Shown: positions 42,360 through 52,994, counted from the first letter of the stretch. The stretch: DNA of 64,000 bases from an uncultured Clostridia bacterium (GCA_944372445.1 CALVZE010000003.1:1816-65815); one strand, 5' to 3'. The notes: a model not told the origin generated them from the sequence alone. Made by a program: numbers and translations.

Positions 42360-44813
42360 TTGGCAAATCAATTAAACGGACTTAAAACAATAAACAATTT
42401 ACAAAGAGATGGCTCTTTGCAGAATTTATTATTGTCTATCAAGAATTCTAAGCTTGAACTTGATGCTTTTTCTAAAAAATTGCAAGAGAAAAAACAGATT
42501 TTGCAGGCAAAGCTGAGAGAGGAAGAGAAGGTAAAGGCTGAGGAGGCTTTAAAAGCTAATATCGTTGAAGAAAAGCAAAAGGAAATTCCCTCTGTCTCAA
42601 CTATTTCAAAGCCTGTTGAAGAGAAGAAGGAGTTTAAGCAAGGCGAAAATAAAAATAATTTCAGAAAATTTGACAATAAGTCTGACAAGGATAAGTTTCA
42701 AAATAGGAATTTTTCAACAAAGCCTCAAAACAAACCTCCTTTTAACAAAAACGCACAGCAAAAGAATGGCAACAAATCTTTTGTTTCCACCAAAGCAAAT
42801 AACTATAAAAGTTTTGCTCCAACCGAAAGCAGTGCTGTTTTAGCTCAACCAGAGCGCAATTTTGGCAACAAGAACAAGCGTAGAAATGTTGAGGAAACCA
42901 AAAAGCAAAATCAAAAGCAGAAAAATATGGAGCGTTATGCTGGAAAAGATAACAATATCTATGTGCTTGATGATGAGAACGGCTTTGAAGAAACAATCAT
43001 GGGTTCACGAAAGCTTATAAAGAAGAAAAAAGAGGTGCAAACAGTTATTGCTCCAAAAGTAACGCATGCTGTTTTAACTTCAAGAGAGATAACAATAAAA
43101 GATTTAAGCGAAAAGATAGGCAAACCTGTTTCAGAATTGGTTAAAAAGTGCATGCTTCTGGGCATTATGGCGACAATTAACAGCACTGTTGACTTTGATA
43201 CGGCAGAACTCATTTGTTCTGATTTCGGCATAACCTTAGAATTGAAGCTAGACAAATCTTACGAAGAAAAGCTCATTGATATTTCAAGTGATGACGATGA
43301 TAAGAATATGGTTAAGCGTCCACCTGTTGTCACAGTTATGGGACATGTTGACCATGGTAAGACATCTCTTCTTGATGCATTTAGGAAAAGCAATGTGGTT
43401 CTTGGCGAAGCAGGCGGAATAACACAAAAAATAGGCGCTTATCAAATTACATTCAACAACGAAAAAATTACCTTTATTGACACGCCAGGTCACGCAGCCT
43501 TCACAAAGATGCGTGCGCGCGGAGCTGAGGTAACTGATATTGCCATTTTGGTGGTCGCTGCGGATGACGGAATTATGCCTCAAACTGTGGAAGCTATAAA
43601 CCACATTAAGGCGGCAAAAGTTCCTATGATTGTGGCGATAAACAAAATGGATAAAGTGGGCGCTAATCCTGATCGAGTTATGCAACAGCTGACCGAACAT
43701 GGTATTTTGCCTGAAAAATGGGGTGGCGATGCAATATGTATTCCTATTTCAGCTAAAACAGGTATGGGGCTTGATGAACTTAAAAAAATGATACTTTTGG
43801 TTGCCGAAATGGAAAATTTAAAAGCTAATCCTAATCGCAAAGCAACGGGTGTTGTTATCGAAGCGGAACTTGATAAATCGCGCGGTCCTGTGGCAACTGT
43901 GCTTGTTAAAAATGGCACGCTCAAAGTTGGTGATTCCATTATAAGCGGTATAACTTATGGTAAGGTCAAAGCGATGTTTGACGAAAACGGAAAGCAGGTT
44001 AAAAAAGCTCCACCTTCAACTCCTGTTGCTGTCATGGGCTTCAATGATGTTCCTTCGTCTGGCGACCAAGTGTATGCTGTTGAAGATAGTTTGTCTAAAC
44101 AGGTTATTAACGAAAGAATTAACAAGCTTAAAGCAGAGCGTGCAAAACAAACTTCTGGTGTCAGTGCCGATGACTTTATGTCAAGAATACACGAAGGAAG
44201 CTTAAAGAACTTAAACATCATAATAAAGGCTGACACACAAGGCTCTGTTGAAGCATTGCGAGGTTCGTTAGAGGCTATTAGAAACGAAGAGGTAAAGGTT
44301 GTCACAATTCATAGCGGAGCGGGAGCAATCACAGAAAGCGACTTAATTTTAGCTCAAACAACAGGCGCAATTGTAATTGCCTTTAACATAAAAACACCAT
44401 CAAAAATCATGCAAATGGCTGAATCTCTCAAAGTTACAGTTTTTGAAACACGCATTATTTATGAAGCAATTGATGAAATCACACGCCTTTCAAAGGGCAT
44501 GATGACAACAAAATATGAAGAAAAATACATCGGTAGTGCGGAAATTCGCGCGGTGTTTAAACTTTCAAGTGCTGGCAAAATTGCAGGAAGCTATGTTACA
44601 GACGGCAAAATTCAGCGTAATTCTATCGCAAAAATCAAGCGTGGAAATGATATTGTCGCCGAAACTACGGTTGAATCTCTTAAAATCGTCAAAGATGAAA
44701 AAGCAGAAGTTGCAAAAGGCTTTGAGTGTGGTGTCAAATTTAAAGACAACATTGATTTTCAAGAAGGCGACATGGTGGAATATTATATCAAAGAAGAGGT
44801 TAAGAGAGATTAA
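42360..44813 (+). CDS. infB: Translation initiation factor IF-2
   Basis: G domain motifs VMGHVDHGKTSLLD, DTPGH and NKMD. TTG start follows AAGGAGAG. Confidence 0.95.
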   Translation: MANQLNGLKTINNLQRDGSLQNLLLSIKNSKLELDAFSKKLQEKKQILQAKLREEEKVKAEEALKANIVEEKQKEIPSVSTISKPVEEKKEFKQGENKNNFRKFDNKSDKDKFQNRNFSTKPQNKPPFNKNAQQKNGNKSFVSTKANNYKSFAPTESSAVLAQPERNFGNKNKRRNVEETKKQNQKQKNMERYAGKDNNIYVLDDENGFEETIMGSRKLIKKKKEVQTVIAPKVTHAVLTSREITIKDLSEKIGKPVSELVKKCMLLGIMATINSTVDFDTAELICSDFGITLELKLDKSYEEKLIDISSDDDDKNMVKRPPVVTVMGHVDHGKTSLLDAFRKSNVVLGEAGGITQKIGAYQITFNNEKITFIDTPGHAAFTKMRARGAEVTDIAILVVAADDGIMPQTVEAINHIKAAKVPMIVAINKMDKVGANPDRVMQQLTEHGILPEKWGGDAICIPISAKTGMGLDELKKMILLVAEMENLKANPNRKATGVVIEAELDKSRGPVATVLVKNGTLKVGDSIISGITYGKVKAMFDENGKQVKKAPPSTPVAVMGFNDVPSSGDQVYAVEDSLSKQVINERINKLKAERAKQTSGVSADDFMSRIHEGSLKNLNIIIKADTQGSVEALRGSLEAIRNEEVKVVTIHSGAGAITESDLILAQTTGAIVIAFNIKTPSKIMQMAESLKVTVFETRIIYEAIDEITRLSKGMMTTKYEEKYIGSAEIRAVFKLSSAGKIAGSYVTDGKIQRNSIAKIKRGNDIVAETTVESLKIVKDEKAEVAKGFECGVKFKDNIDFQEGDMVEYYIKEEVKRD

Positions 44814-45002
44814 TCTCTTTTTTGTTTAATTTCCTTTGTTTTTTTTAAGAAATTTTATATAATAGATACAGCGAAAGAATATGGTAGCGAGTCAAAGTTT
44901 TGAAAGATTTAATTCAATCTTATTAAAAACTTTTATGTATAAAGTCTTATCATTCTTCGCTTTAAATTATTCATAAGGTAGTGATAGTATTTTGGAGGTA
45001 AT

Positions 45003-45368
45003 ATGTCAAATAGGCAAGAACGCGCTAACAGCGAAATTCAAAAATGTTTAATAGAAATAATACAGGAAAAGATGAATGACCCAAGGCTTAACAAGATTAT
45101 AAGTGTGACAGAGGTTAAAGTTAGCCCTGATTTTAAGTTTTGTAAAGTAAAAATTAGCGTGCTTGATGTTAAAGATATTGAGCAGGTTACAAATATTTTG
45201 CAAAGGTCTGAGGGGTATATTAAAAAGGAGCTTGGCAAAATGCTTGATATGCCATATATGCCAAAGCTAAAATTTGAGGTCGATAAAGGTGCAATAAGCA
45301 CTATGCGCGTGGAAGAAATTTTGAAAAACTTGAATATTCCAAAGGAGGAAGAAAATGACGGCGAATGA
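45003..45368 (+). CDS. rbfA: Ribosome-binding factor A
   Basis: RANSEIQKCLIEII...DPRL..I.SVTEVKVSPDFKFCKV. Confidence 0.9.
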   Translation: MSNRQERANSEIQKCLIEIIQEKMNDPRLNKIISVTEVKVSPDFKFCKVKISVLDVKDIEQVTNILQRSEGYIKKELGKMLDMPYMPKLKFEVDKGAISTMRVEEILKNLNIPKEEENDGE

Positions 45369-46302
45369 TGTTTCGGCAAGGCTAAAATCCGCGAAGAGGG
45401 TGGCAATTTTTGGGCATATGCATCCAGATTTAGATAGTTTCGGTGCGATGCTTGGCGCGAAATTTTTGTGCGAAAGTTTGGGCGTAAAGTGCGATGTGTT
45501 TGCGGAGTTTATGAAAAATCTCTCCTTTTTGAGGATTTTTCCTGAAACTTACTTTAAACATGACTTCGACAAAAGAAAATATGACCTTGTGCTTGTTGTC
45601 GACTGCAACGAAATAAGCCGTATCGACAAAAAATTTCAGGCAGACATCAGCGGAAAAAAGATATTATTTATTGACCACCACGAGCTAAATTTTGCGTTGG
45701 ATGGCGCGGACTATTATGTTTACCCTAAAAAATGCTCCGCTTCTCTTATCATTTTCGAATTGTTAGAGAAACTTAATCTTAAACCAAGCGCCGAATATGC
45801 AACATATATTTTTGCGGGTATTGTGGGTGACACGAACAGGTTTTTGCACAGCAACACCGACGCCAATGTTTTTTCTATCGCTTCAAAACTTTTAAAACTC
45901 GGTGCGGACTGCCAAAAGGTTTATGATGTTGTTTATCGCTCAATGACGATGTCGAATGCGAGGCTTAGAGACTATCTCTTTTCCAATCTCAAAGCAAGCG
46001 GAAAGGTTTGCTATGTGGCAATTTCCCAAAAAGATTTAGAAAAACTTTCTTCAAGTGTTGAGGACGTGAAGATGTTTGTTTCTGATATCAATCAACTTGC
46101 TGAATTTAGCGTTGCAATAATTGCGTATGAGATTAGCGAAAACAAGTTTAAGGTCAGTATGCGCTCAAAAAACGGCGTTGACCTTTTAAAGGTTGCCTTT
46201 AAATATGGCGGTGGCGGACACAAAGAGGCGTCTGGATTTTATCTAACAGGCGACAAAAAGTATGTTGCGAATAAATTGAAAGCAGTATGTGAGGAATTTT
46301 AA
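45355..46302 (+). CDS. nrnA: DHH/DHHA1 phosphoesterase, NrnA-like oligoribonuclease/pAp phosphatase
   Basis: GHMHPDLDSFGA, IDHHE and GGGGHKEASG. Confidence 0.8.
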   Translation: MTANDVSARLKSAKRVAIFGHMHPDLDSFGAMLGAKFLCESLGVKCDVFAEFMKNLSFLRIFPETYFKHDFDKRKYDLVLVVDCNEISRIDKKFQADISGKKILFIDHHELNFALDGADYYVYPKKCSASLIIFELLEKLNLKPSAEYATYIFAGIVGDTNRFLHSNTDANVFSIASKLLKLGADCQKVYDVVYRSMTMSNARLRDYLFSNLKASGKVCYVAISQKDLEKLSSSVEDVKMFVSDINQLAEFSVAIIAYEISENKFKVSMRSKNGVDLLKVAFKYGGGGHKEASGFYLTGDKKYVANKLKAVCEEF

Positions 46303-47150
46303 TGCTTGAAAGTGGAATAATTTTAATAAATAAGCCAAAGGGAATTTCCTCGAATAAGGTTGTAAATATTGTTAAAGCCACGCTTCACGCAAAAAAGTGC
46401 GGTCATCTTGGCACGCTTGACCTTGAAGGCGAGGGGCTACTTCCTATAACCGTGAATAGCGCCACAAAGCTTTTTGATTATTTTCTTAAAAAAGATAAAA
46501 CCTATGAAGCCAATTTTGTTTTTGGCTATGAAACTGACACTTTGGATACCTCAGGGAAGATAGTAAAAGCTAAGGAGGTTAATTTTACCGAAGCAGAACT
46601 AGAAGGGGCTGTCAAAAGTATGATAGGAAAATATGAGCAAATGCCACCTATATATTCCGCCAAAAAAGTGGGAGGGAAAGTAGCATATGTTGAAGCGCGA
46701 AAGGGGCAGGAGGTGAATTTGTCGCCAAAGGAAGTTGAAATAACTTCCTTCAAAATTCTAGGCAAGGTAGGTGAAAATACATATCGTTTTGAAATCTCTT
46801 GTTCGAGTGGCACATATATTAGAAGTATTGCGCGTGACCTTGCATACCACCTCGGCACATATGGTAGTATGCAATGCATACTACGCACAAGATGCGGTGG
46901 CTTCTATCTTAAAGACGCCGTAACATTAGAAGAACTTAAAGACGGAAAATTTAAACTAATTTCCGCTGATTGCGTTTTTAACTATGAAAAATTAGAACTA
47001 AGCGATGATGAATTTTTTAGGATTGAAAATGGGCAAACGCTACGAAAAGAGGTGTTGGATGGAAAGTATAAACTTTATAATTCTTCTACCTTTTTAGGAA
47101 TAGGAGAGTGTTATCGTAACAGTCTAAAATTAACGCTAAGGCTCTTTTAA
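46302..47150 (+). CDS. truB: tRNA pseudouridine(55) synthase
   Basis: GIILINKPKGISSN...KCGHLGTLDLEGEGLLPI and SSGTYIRSIARDL. Confidence 0.95.
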   Translation: MLESGIILINKPKGISSNKVVNIVKATLHAKKCGHLGTLDLEGEGLLPITVNSATKLFDYFLKKDKTYEANFVFGYETDTLDTSGKIVKAKEVNFTEAELEGAVKSMIGKYEQMPPIYSAKKVGGKVAYVEARKGQEVNLSPKEVEITSFKILGKVGENTYRFEISCSSGTYIRSIARDLAYHLGTYGSMQCILRTRCGGFYLKDAVTLEELKDGKFKLISADCVFNYEKLELSDDEFFRIENGQTLRKEVLDGKYKLYNSSTFLGIGECYRNSLKLTLRLF

Positions 47151-47440
47151 TTTTGATGAATAGTCAACTACAATATATAAAATTAATCATAAATTAAAAA
47201 ACAATCATAGAACTTAAACTAAATGAAATTAAGACTAAATGAATTGAAAATTAATAGAATTTATGATAATTACAAAATTGAAAGCTGATTACAAATTGAA
47301 TTATGGAATTGAAAAAATGAAATTAAAAACTAATTATGAAATTAAAAACAAATTACAAAATTGACTAACTATAAAATTGAATTAAAGAATTGAAGATAAT
47401 TACAAAATTCAATTAAATTAAAAAAATAAAAATTTAATGG
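47151..47440. repeat. ~290-bp extremely AT-rich tract of degenerate short repeats
   Basis: AATTACAAAATTGA occurs three times (near 47269, 47351 and 47399). ATGAAATTAAAAAC occurs twice. There are many AATTGAA iterations and no ORF. Confidence 0.7.
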
Positions 47441-47452
47441 TAGGAGATAAAT

Positions 47453-48313
47453 ATGTCTAAAATTTTGTTTGGACCTGCGGGTAACAGTCAGTCGTTTTTC
47501 GACGAAGGACATTCGTCAACAATGGAAACGCCAAAATGGATTAGCGAGCGTGGGTTAGATATTTTTGAGTATAGTTTCGGGCAGGGCTATCGAATGAACA
47601 GCGAAACGGCGAAAAAAATCGGCGAGGAATTTAAAAAATACAACATTGAAATGTCAGTCCACGCGCCGTATTTTATTAATTTTGCCAATCCTGACGAAGA
47701 TATGTATCTTAAAAGTGTTGGCTACCTCACAACGGGAATAAAATTTTTAAAACTTTTTGGCGCGAAACGAATGGTGTTTCATCCAGCGTCGTGCGGAAAA
47801 CTTAAAAGAGAAGAGGCGGTGGCGCTTATGACGGCAAGGCTCAGTGAAACTATGCCGAAACTTGAAGAGGAACTTGGCGACCTTTATCTTTGCCCTGAAA
47901 CAATGGGAAAAACGATGCAAATTGGCACGTATAAAGAGATAATCGACCTTTGCACAATCTCTTCGCGTCTTTTGCCGACCTTTGATTTTGGGCATATTAA
48001 CGCGCTCACGCAAGGCTCGTTGAAATCGCCCGACGATTACAAGCGCATTTTTGACTACTCCTTTGAAAAGTTGGGCGACAGAACGAAAGAGGCGCACATC
48101 CATTTTTCCAAAATTCAATACGGCGAAAAGGGGGAAATTCGCCACCTCACATTTAGCGACGAGGTGTATGGTCCAAATTTTGAGGATTTGGTGGAGGTTT
48201 TAATTGATTACGACCTCTCTTGTCACGTCATTTGCGAGTCATCTGGCACAATGGCAGAAGACAGCAAAACGATGAAAGATATTTACCTTAAAACGCTTGC
48301 AAATAGGAAATGA
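47453..48313 (+). CDS. Xylose-isomerase-like TIM-barrel protein, endonuclease IV (AP endonuclease family 2)-like
   Basis: SVHAPYFINFANPD and RMVFHPAS resemble Nfo motifs (HAPYLINLA, HPG). RBS is AGGAG. Confidence 0.6.
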   Translation: MSKILFGPAGNSQSFFDEGHSSTMETPKWISERGLDIFEYSFGQGYRMNSETAKKIGEEFKKYNIEMSVHAPYFINFANPDEDMYLKSVGYLTTGIKFLKLFGAKRMVFHPASCGKLKREEAVALMTARLSETMPKLEEELGDLYLCPETMGKTMQIGTYKEIIDLCTISSRLLPTFDFGHINALTQGSLKSPDDYKRIFDYSFEKLGDRTKEAHIHFSKIQYGEKGEIRHLTFSDEVYGPNFEDLVEVLIDYDLSCHVICESSGTMAEDSKTMKDIYLKTLANRK

Positions 48314-48499
48314 ATATGATATAATCATAGAGGATATTGGTGGGTTTTATTGCGTTTTATCGCATAATGAGATAGCGCAAATTCGCCAAAGTTGATTTTT
48401 GCAATTATTTTAAGATAGGAAAAAAAATTTTGGAAACAACTTTTAACAAATTGAGAAATCAAACTCACCACATCAAACAAAATTAAATAGGAGAAAATT

Positions 48500-49060
48500 A
48501 TGGTATCAGCAGGAGATTTTAGAAAAGGAACAACTTTTGAAATGGACGGAGCGGTTTATAACGTCGTTGACTTTTTGCACGTAAAGCCGGGCAAAGGCTC
48601 GCCATTTGTTAGAGCAAAGATTAAAAACGTGATGACAGGGCAGGTTAGAGAGGACACTTTCAACCCAAGTGATAAATTCCAAGAGGCAGTGATTGAGAAA
48701 AAAGATATGCTTTATCTTTATAATGACGGCGATTTATACTATTTTATGGATAACGAAACTTACGAGCAAATGCCACTTAATAAGGATGTTGTTGCAGATG
48801 TTCTCAACTTCGTCACCGAAAATATGAACACAACAATGTATATGTATAAGGGCGTGCCTTTCGCAGTTTATCCTCCAACATTTGTTGAACTTGAAGTGGT
48901 TGACACCGAGCCGGGTATTCAAGGCGACACCTCAAAGGCGTCCAAAAAGCCAGCGAAACTTATCACTGGTTATACTATCAATGTTCCACTTTTTGTCAAT
49001 ATCGGCGACATCATAAGAGTGGACACGCGTGATGGCTCATACATGGAAAAAGTTAAGTAA
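48500..49060 (+). CDS. efp: Elongation factor P
   Basis: [41 protein letters not shown]. Confidence 0.95.
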   Translation: MVSAGDFRKGTTFEMDGAVYNVVDFLHVKPGKGSPFVRAKIKNVMTGQVREDTFNPSDKFQEAVIEKKDMLYLYNDGDLYYFMDNETYEQMPLNKDVVADVLNFVTENMNTTMYMYKGVPFAVYPPTFVELEVVDTEPGIQGDTSKASKKPAKLITGYTINVPLFVNIGDIIRVDTRDGSYMEKVK

Positions 49061-49125
49061 TTTTTTTGTTTAACTTTAACCTTTATATTTTCGAATTAAT
49101 AAACAAAAACAGTTTAATTTATGAT

Positions 49126-49157
49126 AAAGATTAATCATTCAAGATTAGTCTTTTTTG
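49126..49157 (+). terminator. Rho-independent terminator after efp
   Basis: AAAGATTAATC-attcaa-GATTAGTCTTT (one G-U pair on the + strand) plus a T-run. Confidence 0.65.
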
Positions 49158-49265
49158 TATTATCTTAAAATTTACTTGATTTATTTTTATATTTATTTTA
49201 TACTTATCTAGTATATTGTGTGCTAATATTCGGCATGCAAAGATTTGATTTAATAGAGGGATGAT

Positions 49266-51689
49266 ATGTTAGATAAAAAATACAACATTCAAGAAAAAGA
49301 AGCAAAGTGGCAAAAATATTGGCAGGAGAATGGAATATATAAGTTCGACCCTAAATCTAATAAGCCAACCTTTTCCATTGATACGCCACCTCCAACGGTC
49401 AGCGGAAAACTTCATATTGGGCATATTTCGGGCTTCACACAGGCGGATATGATTGCGCGCTATGAGCGTATGCAAGGAAAAAACCTCTTTTATCCTCTTG
49501 GATTTGACAATAACGGACTTCCAACTGAACTACTTGTTGAAAAAGAGAAAAAAATTCGCGCTCACACTCTTCCGCGCGAAGAATTCACAAAGATTGCCCT
49601 TGATTTGGTGGCAAAATATAACGACGCTTATAAGGATGTTATGGTTAGGGCGGGTATGTCTTGCGATTTAGATTTAGGCTATAACACTATTGATAATAAA
49701 AGTCAAAAAACAAGCCAAAAATCGTTTATCGAACTTGCCAAAAAGGGAATTGCATACCGCGATAATCGCCCTTCGCCTTGGTGCTGTAAGTGCCGAACAA
49801 GCGTTGCAGAACTTGAACTTGACGACAAGGAACTCGACAGCATTTTTAACTATTTAAACTTCAAACTTGCTGACGGCAGTGGCACGATTCCTATCGCTAC
49901 AACGCGACCAGAATTTTTACCAGCGTGCGTTGCGATTTTTGTTAATGGCGATGATGAGAGATATAAAAATCTTGTCGGCAAAAAGGTCAAAGTGCCTCTT
50001 TTTGAGGAAAATGAAGTGACAATTCTTGCTGATAGTAAGGTTGGAATCGACAAGGGAACGGGCATTGTTATGTGTTGCACTTTCGGCGACCAAACCGACG
50101 TTGAGTGGTGGAAGGAATATAAACTTCCGCTCAAACAGGCGATTGACGAGGGTGGCAGAATGACCGAAATCGCGGGCAAATATGCGGGTATGAAAATTTT
50201 GGACGCGCGAAAAGCGGTGATTGAAGATTTGAAAACGGCGGGATATATCTTTAAGCAAGACCCTATTAAGCACGCCGTGAAAGTTCACGAGAGATGTGAG
50301 GAGCCTATCGAATTTCTCTCTAAAAAGCAGTGGTTTATTAAAACTTCCACGCCAGAACTTAAAAAGAAATGGGCGGAACTTGGCGAGGAACTTGTTTGGC
50401 GACCTGAGAGTATGAAGGTTAGGTATATGACGTGGGTGAACAACTTAAACCAAGACTGGTCAATTTCGCGTCAGCGCTATTTCGGCGTGCCTTTCCCTGT
50501 TTGGTATTGCGAAAAATGCGGTGAGCCGATTTTTGCGGATGAAAAAGATTTGCCGGTTAATCCGCTCACTCATTCGCCAAAAGTTGACAAATGTCCTAAG
50601 TGCGGTCACACCACCTTCCTTCCAGAAAGTGACGTTATGGACACGTGGGCAACTTCGTCCGTCACACCTCAAATCAACCTTAATTGGGCGGATGACGAAG
50701 AGGGTTGCAACAAGCGTATGCCGATGGATATGCGTTTTTGCGGGCGTGATATCATCACCACATGGAGTCTTAGAACAATCATTAAGGCATATTATCACCA
50801 AAATTGCTTGCCGTGGAAAAAACTTATTGTCAACGGCTGGGTTATGGCGGATAAGGGCGTTAAGATAAGTAAGCACCTCGCAAACTCAAAAATGGAACTC
50901 AACGACCTTCTTTCAGCCTACGGCGCGGATGTTATTAGGTATTGGTGCGCGATTGGTGCGTATGGCAGAGATGTTATGTTCAGCGACGAGGGCTTAAAAG
51001 ACGGCTACAAACTTCTAAACAAACTTTGGAACGCCTCAAAATTTGTCCTCTCTTTCCTTGAAGATTATAAACCTAAAAAACCGTCGCAAGTTTTGCCGAT
51101 GGATAGGTATATTATGCATAAATTCAACGACGCCTTCAAAAAGACTTGCGCGCAATATGAAAATGTGGAAATGGGCTACGCTAAGGCGGAGATTGAAAAG
51201 TTCTTCTGGGATTTTTGCGATAACTATATCGAACTTGCAAAAAATCGCCTGTATAAGCCAGAAGTTTATGGAGAGGAAGCAAAAGCTTCTGCACAGTGGG
51301 CTTGCTATAATGTGCTTCTTGGCGTTATCAAACTTTTCGCAATCACAATGCCACATATCACTGAGGAAATTTATCAAAACTACTTCAAACAATTCGAGGG
51401 CGAAAAGAGCGTTCACCTTTGCGTTTTAAAGCCTATTGAAATTGAAAACGAGGAAAATATTATCGAAAATGGCGACGAGGTGGAGGCAATCGTGGCAAGA
51501 GTTCGCCAATTTAAGAGCGAGAAAAAACTTAGCCTTAAAACTGAAATTGAAGATATGACCATTCAAAGCGAAAAGTTAGCCTTCATTAAAGAGTGCGAGG
51601 CAGACATTAAAGCGGTGACATCGGCAAGAGAGATAAAATGGCAAAAAGGCGAATTTTCAGTTACTATCGGCAATGTGATTGAAGAGTGA
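49266..51689 (+). CDS. valS: Valyl-tRNA synthetase (807 aa, no long C-terminal coiled coil)
   Basis: PPPTVSGKLHIGH (ValRS-type HIGH), a KISKHLANS (KMSKS-like) motif, and YGADVIRYW. Confidence 0.75.
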   Translation: MLDKKYNIQEKEAKWQKYWQENGIYKFDPKSNKPTFSIDTPPPTVSGKLHIGHISGFTQADMIARYERMQGKNLFYPLGFDNNGLPTELLVEKEKKIRAHTLPREEFTKIALDLVAKYNDAYKDVMVRAGMSCDLDLGYNTIDNKSQKTSQKSFIELAKKGIAYRDNRPSPWCCKCRTSVAELELDDKELDSIFNYLNFKLADGSGTIPIATTRPEFLPACVAIFVNGDDERYKNLVGKKVKVPLFEENEVTILADSKVGIDKGTGIVMCCTFGDQTDVEWWKEYKLPLKQAIDEGGRMTEIAGKYAGMKILDARKAVIEDLKTAGYIFKQDPIKHAVKVHERCEEPIEFLSKKQWFIKTSTPELKKKWAELGEELVWRPESMKVRYMTWVNNLNQDWSISRQRYFGVPFPVWYCEKCGEPIFADEKDLPVNPLTHSPKVDKCPKCGHTTFLPESDVMDTWATSSVTPQINLNWADDEEGCNKRMPMDMRFCGRDIITTWSLRTIIKAYYHQNCLPWKKLIVNGWVMADKGVKISKHLANSKMELNDLLSAYGADVIRYWCAIGAYGRDVMFSDEGLKDGYKLLNKLWNASKFVLSFLEDYKPKKPSQVLPMDRYIMHKFNDAFKKTCAQYENVEMGYAKAEIEKFFWDFCDNYIELAKNRLYKPEVYGEEAKASAQWACYNVLLGVIKLFAITMPHITEEIYQNYFKQFEGEKSVHLCVLKPIEIENEENIIENGDEVEAIVARVRQFKSEKKLSLKTEIEDMTIQSEKLAFIKECEADIKAVTSAREIKWQKGEFSVTIGNVIEE

Positions 51690-51904
51690 GTGCTTTTACG
51701 CACAGCGACTTGCGAATAAATGGCTAAACAATTAAAAAAGTGCCAACGGAGAGAGTGTAATTAAGTTATTATAAAAAGATAGTGTGCAATTAACCTAACG
51801 GGTCACTTGCACTCTTTTTTTTGTGTAAGTATTTCTCGAAAACGTCTATATCTATGCACAGTTGCATTTTTTTTGTTCGAAACCATTTATTTTTACATTT
51901 GATA

Positions 51905-51933
51905 TTGACAACATATCACCTGTATGCTAAAAT
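51905..51933 (+). promoter_or_regulatory. Sigma-A promoter of the WG-repeat gene
   Basis: TTGACA, 17-nt spacer, TAAAAT. Confidence 0.6.
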
Positions 51934-51952
51934 GAAAACAGGTGAGGAAGTT

Positions 51953-52879
51953 ATGAGAGAGATAAAAAAAATTGTGTGCATAGACCCATATCGCGAAGGG
52001 TTCGCTCGTGTTGTGTTAAACGATGGTAAGTATGCGTTTTTAGATAAAAATGGCAAACTACAAGGTAGATATAAACGTGCATGGCCATACAGCGAAGGGC
52101 TTGCTTGTGTTCAATTTTACAGTTATAAATATGCATTTATAGATAGGAATGGCAAACTGCAAAAAGGTAGATATAAATGGGTAGATTCTTACCACGAGGG
52201 ATTTGCTGTAGTTATGTTAGATGTTAACAAGTGTGCGTTTGTTGATAAGAATGGCAAACTACAAGAAGGTAGATATAGGGATGCAGGGGCATACAGCGAA
52301 GGGTTTGCTTATGTCATGTTAGACGATGGCAAATATGCGTTTATAGATAAAAATGGCAAACTGCAAGAGGGTAGATATAGGAAAGCATGGTCATATAGAG
52401 AAGGGTTTGCTCGTGTTCAGTTAGATGATGACGCAAGTACTAATACTACAATAGATAAATCTGGAAACATATATTTATCAAAAAGAGATTGGTTAGAATA
52501 TATAAAAAAAGCCCCTCTTTCATTTAAGTTTATTCCTCCATATTATTTTAATGACGAAGACTTTATTGAATCGATTGATAACGCTGTTAAAGATGTGTTT
52601 GCTAATAAGGTCAAGGCGGTTGACAGTGCTTTGAACGATGCCGAAGAAAAACTTGCTGAGATTCGAGATGATTTTGAAAATTTTTGCAAAATGCGCGTTG
52701 AAAAAATAAAGATTGTTAAAGAAATAATGCAAAAGGAAGAGCAAGAAAGGTTAGAGCGGGAAAGAGTAGGACGAGAAAGATTAGAGCAAGAAAGGTTAAA
52801 GCAAGTAAAGATAGAGCAAGCAAAGGAAGATTTAATTCAGCAAATTAATAACTTAGATGTAGGTAAAGATAGAGGGTGA
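51953..52879 (+). CDS. WG-repeat (KWG-type) protein with C-terminal Glu/Arg-rich coiled coil
   Basis: ATG at 51953 follows GGTGAGGA. About five units of EGFA.V..DGKYAFIDKNGKLQEGRY. The tail is QERLERERVGRERLEQERLKQ. Confidence 0.8.
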   Translation: MREIKKIVCIDPYREGFARVVLNDGKYAFLDKNGKLQGRYKRAWPYSEGLACVQFYSYKYAFIDRNGKLQKGRYKWVDSYHEGFAVVMLDVNKCAFVDKNGKLQEGRYRDAGAYSEGFAYVMLDDGKYAFIDKNGKLQEGRYRKAWSYREGFARVQLDDDASTNTTIDKSGNIYLSKRDWLEYIKKAPLSFKFIPPYYFNDEDFIESIDNAVKDVFANKVKAVDSALNDAEEKLAEIRDDFENFCKMRVEKIKIVKEIMQKEEQERLERERVGRERLEQERLKQVKIEQAKEDLIQQINNLDVGKDRG

Positions 52880-52880
52880 T

Positions 52881-52994
52881 ATGAAAAAAGAAAAGATTGA
52901 AGGTGTGCAAAAAGAAAAGATTGAAAAAATGAAGAAAGAGATGATTGAGTATATTGAAGAATACTTCGGCTTATTCAAATTTAAACGCAATTAA
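52881..52994 (+). CDS. Possible 37-aa ORF (MKKEKIEGVQKEKIEKMKKEMIEYIEEYFGLFKFKRN)
   Basis: ATG lies 1 nt after the upstream stop, with AGAGGGTG as RBS. It ends right at the terminator. It is below the track cut-off and there is no homology evidence. Confidence 0.35.
   Translation: MKKEKIEGVQKEKIEKMKKEMIEYIEEYFGLFKFKRN

Noticed and set aside
47151-47440. Possible CRISPR array, replication origin or hidden small ORFs.
   Set aside because: The repeats are degenerate with no regular repeat-spacer pattern. I saw no DnaA-box (TTATCCACA) matches, no flanking dnaA or dnaN, and no ORF with an RBS.
49061-49265. An expected T-box leader upstream of valS, and likewise upstream of proS at ~22200.
   Set aside because: No T-box sequence (GGTGGTACCGCG-like) or specifier architecture is visible. 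proS is translationally coupled to xseB, and the valS upstream region holds only the efp terminator and AT-rich promoter-like sequence.
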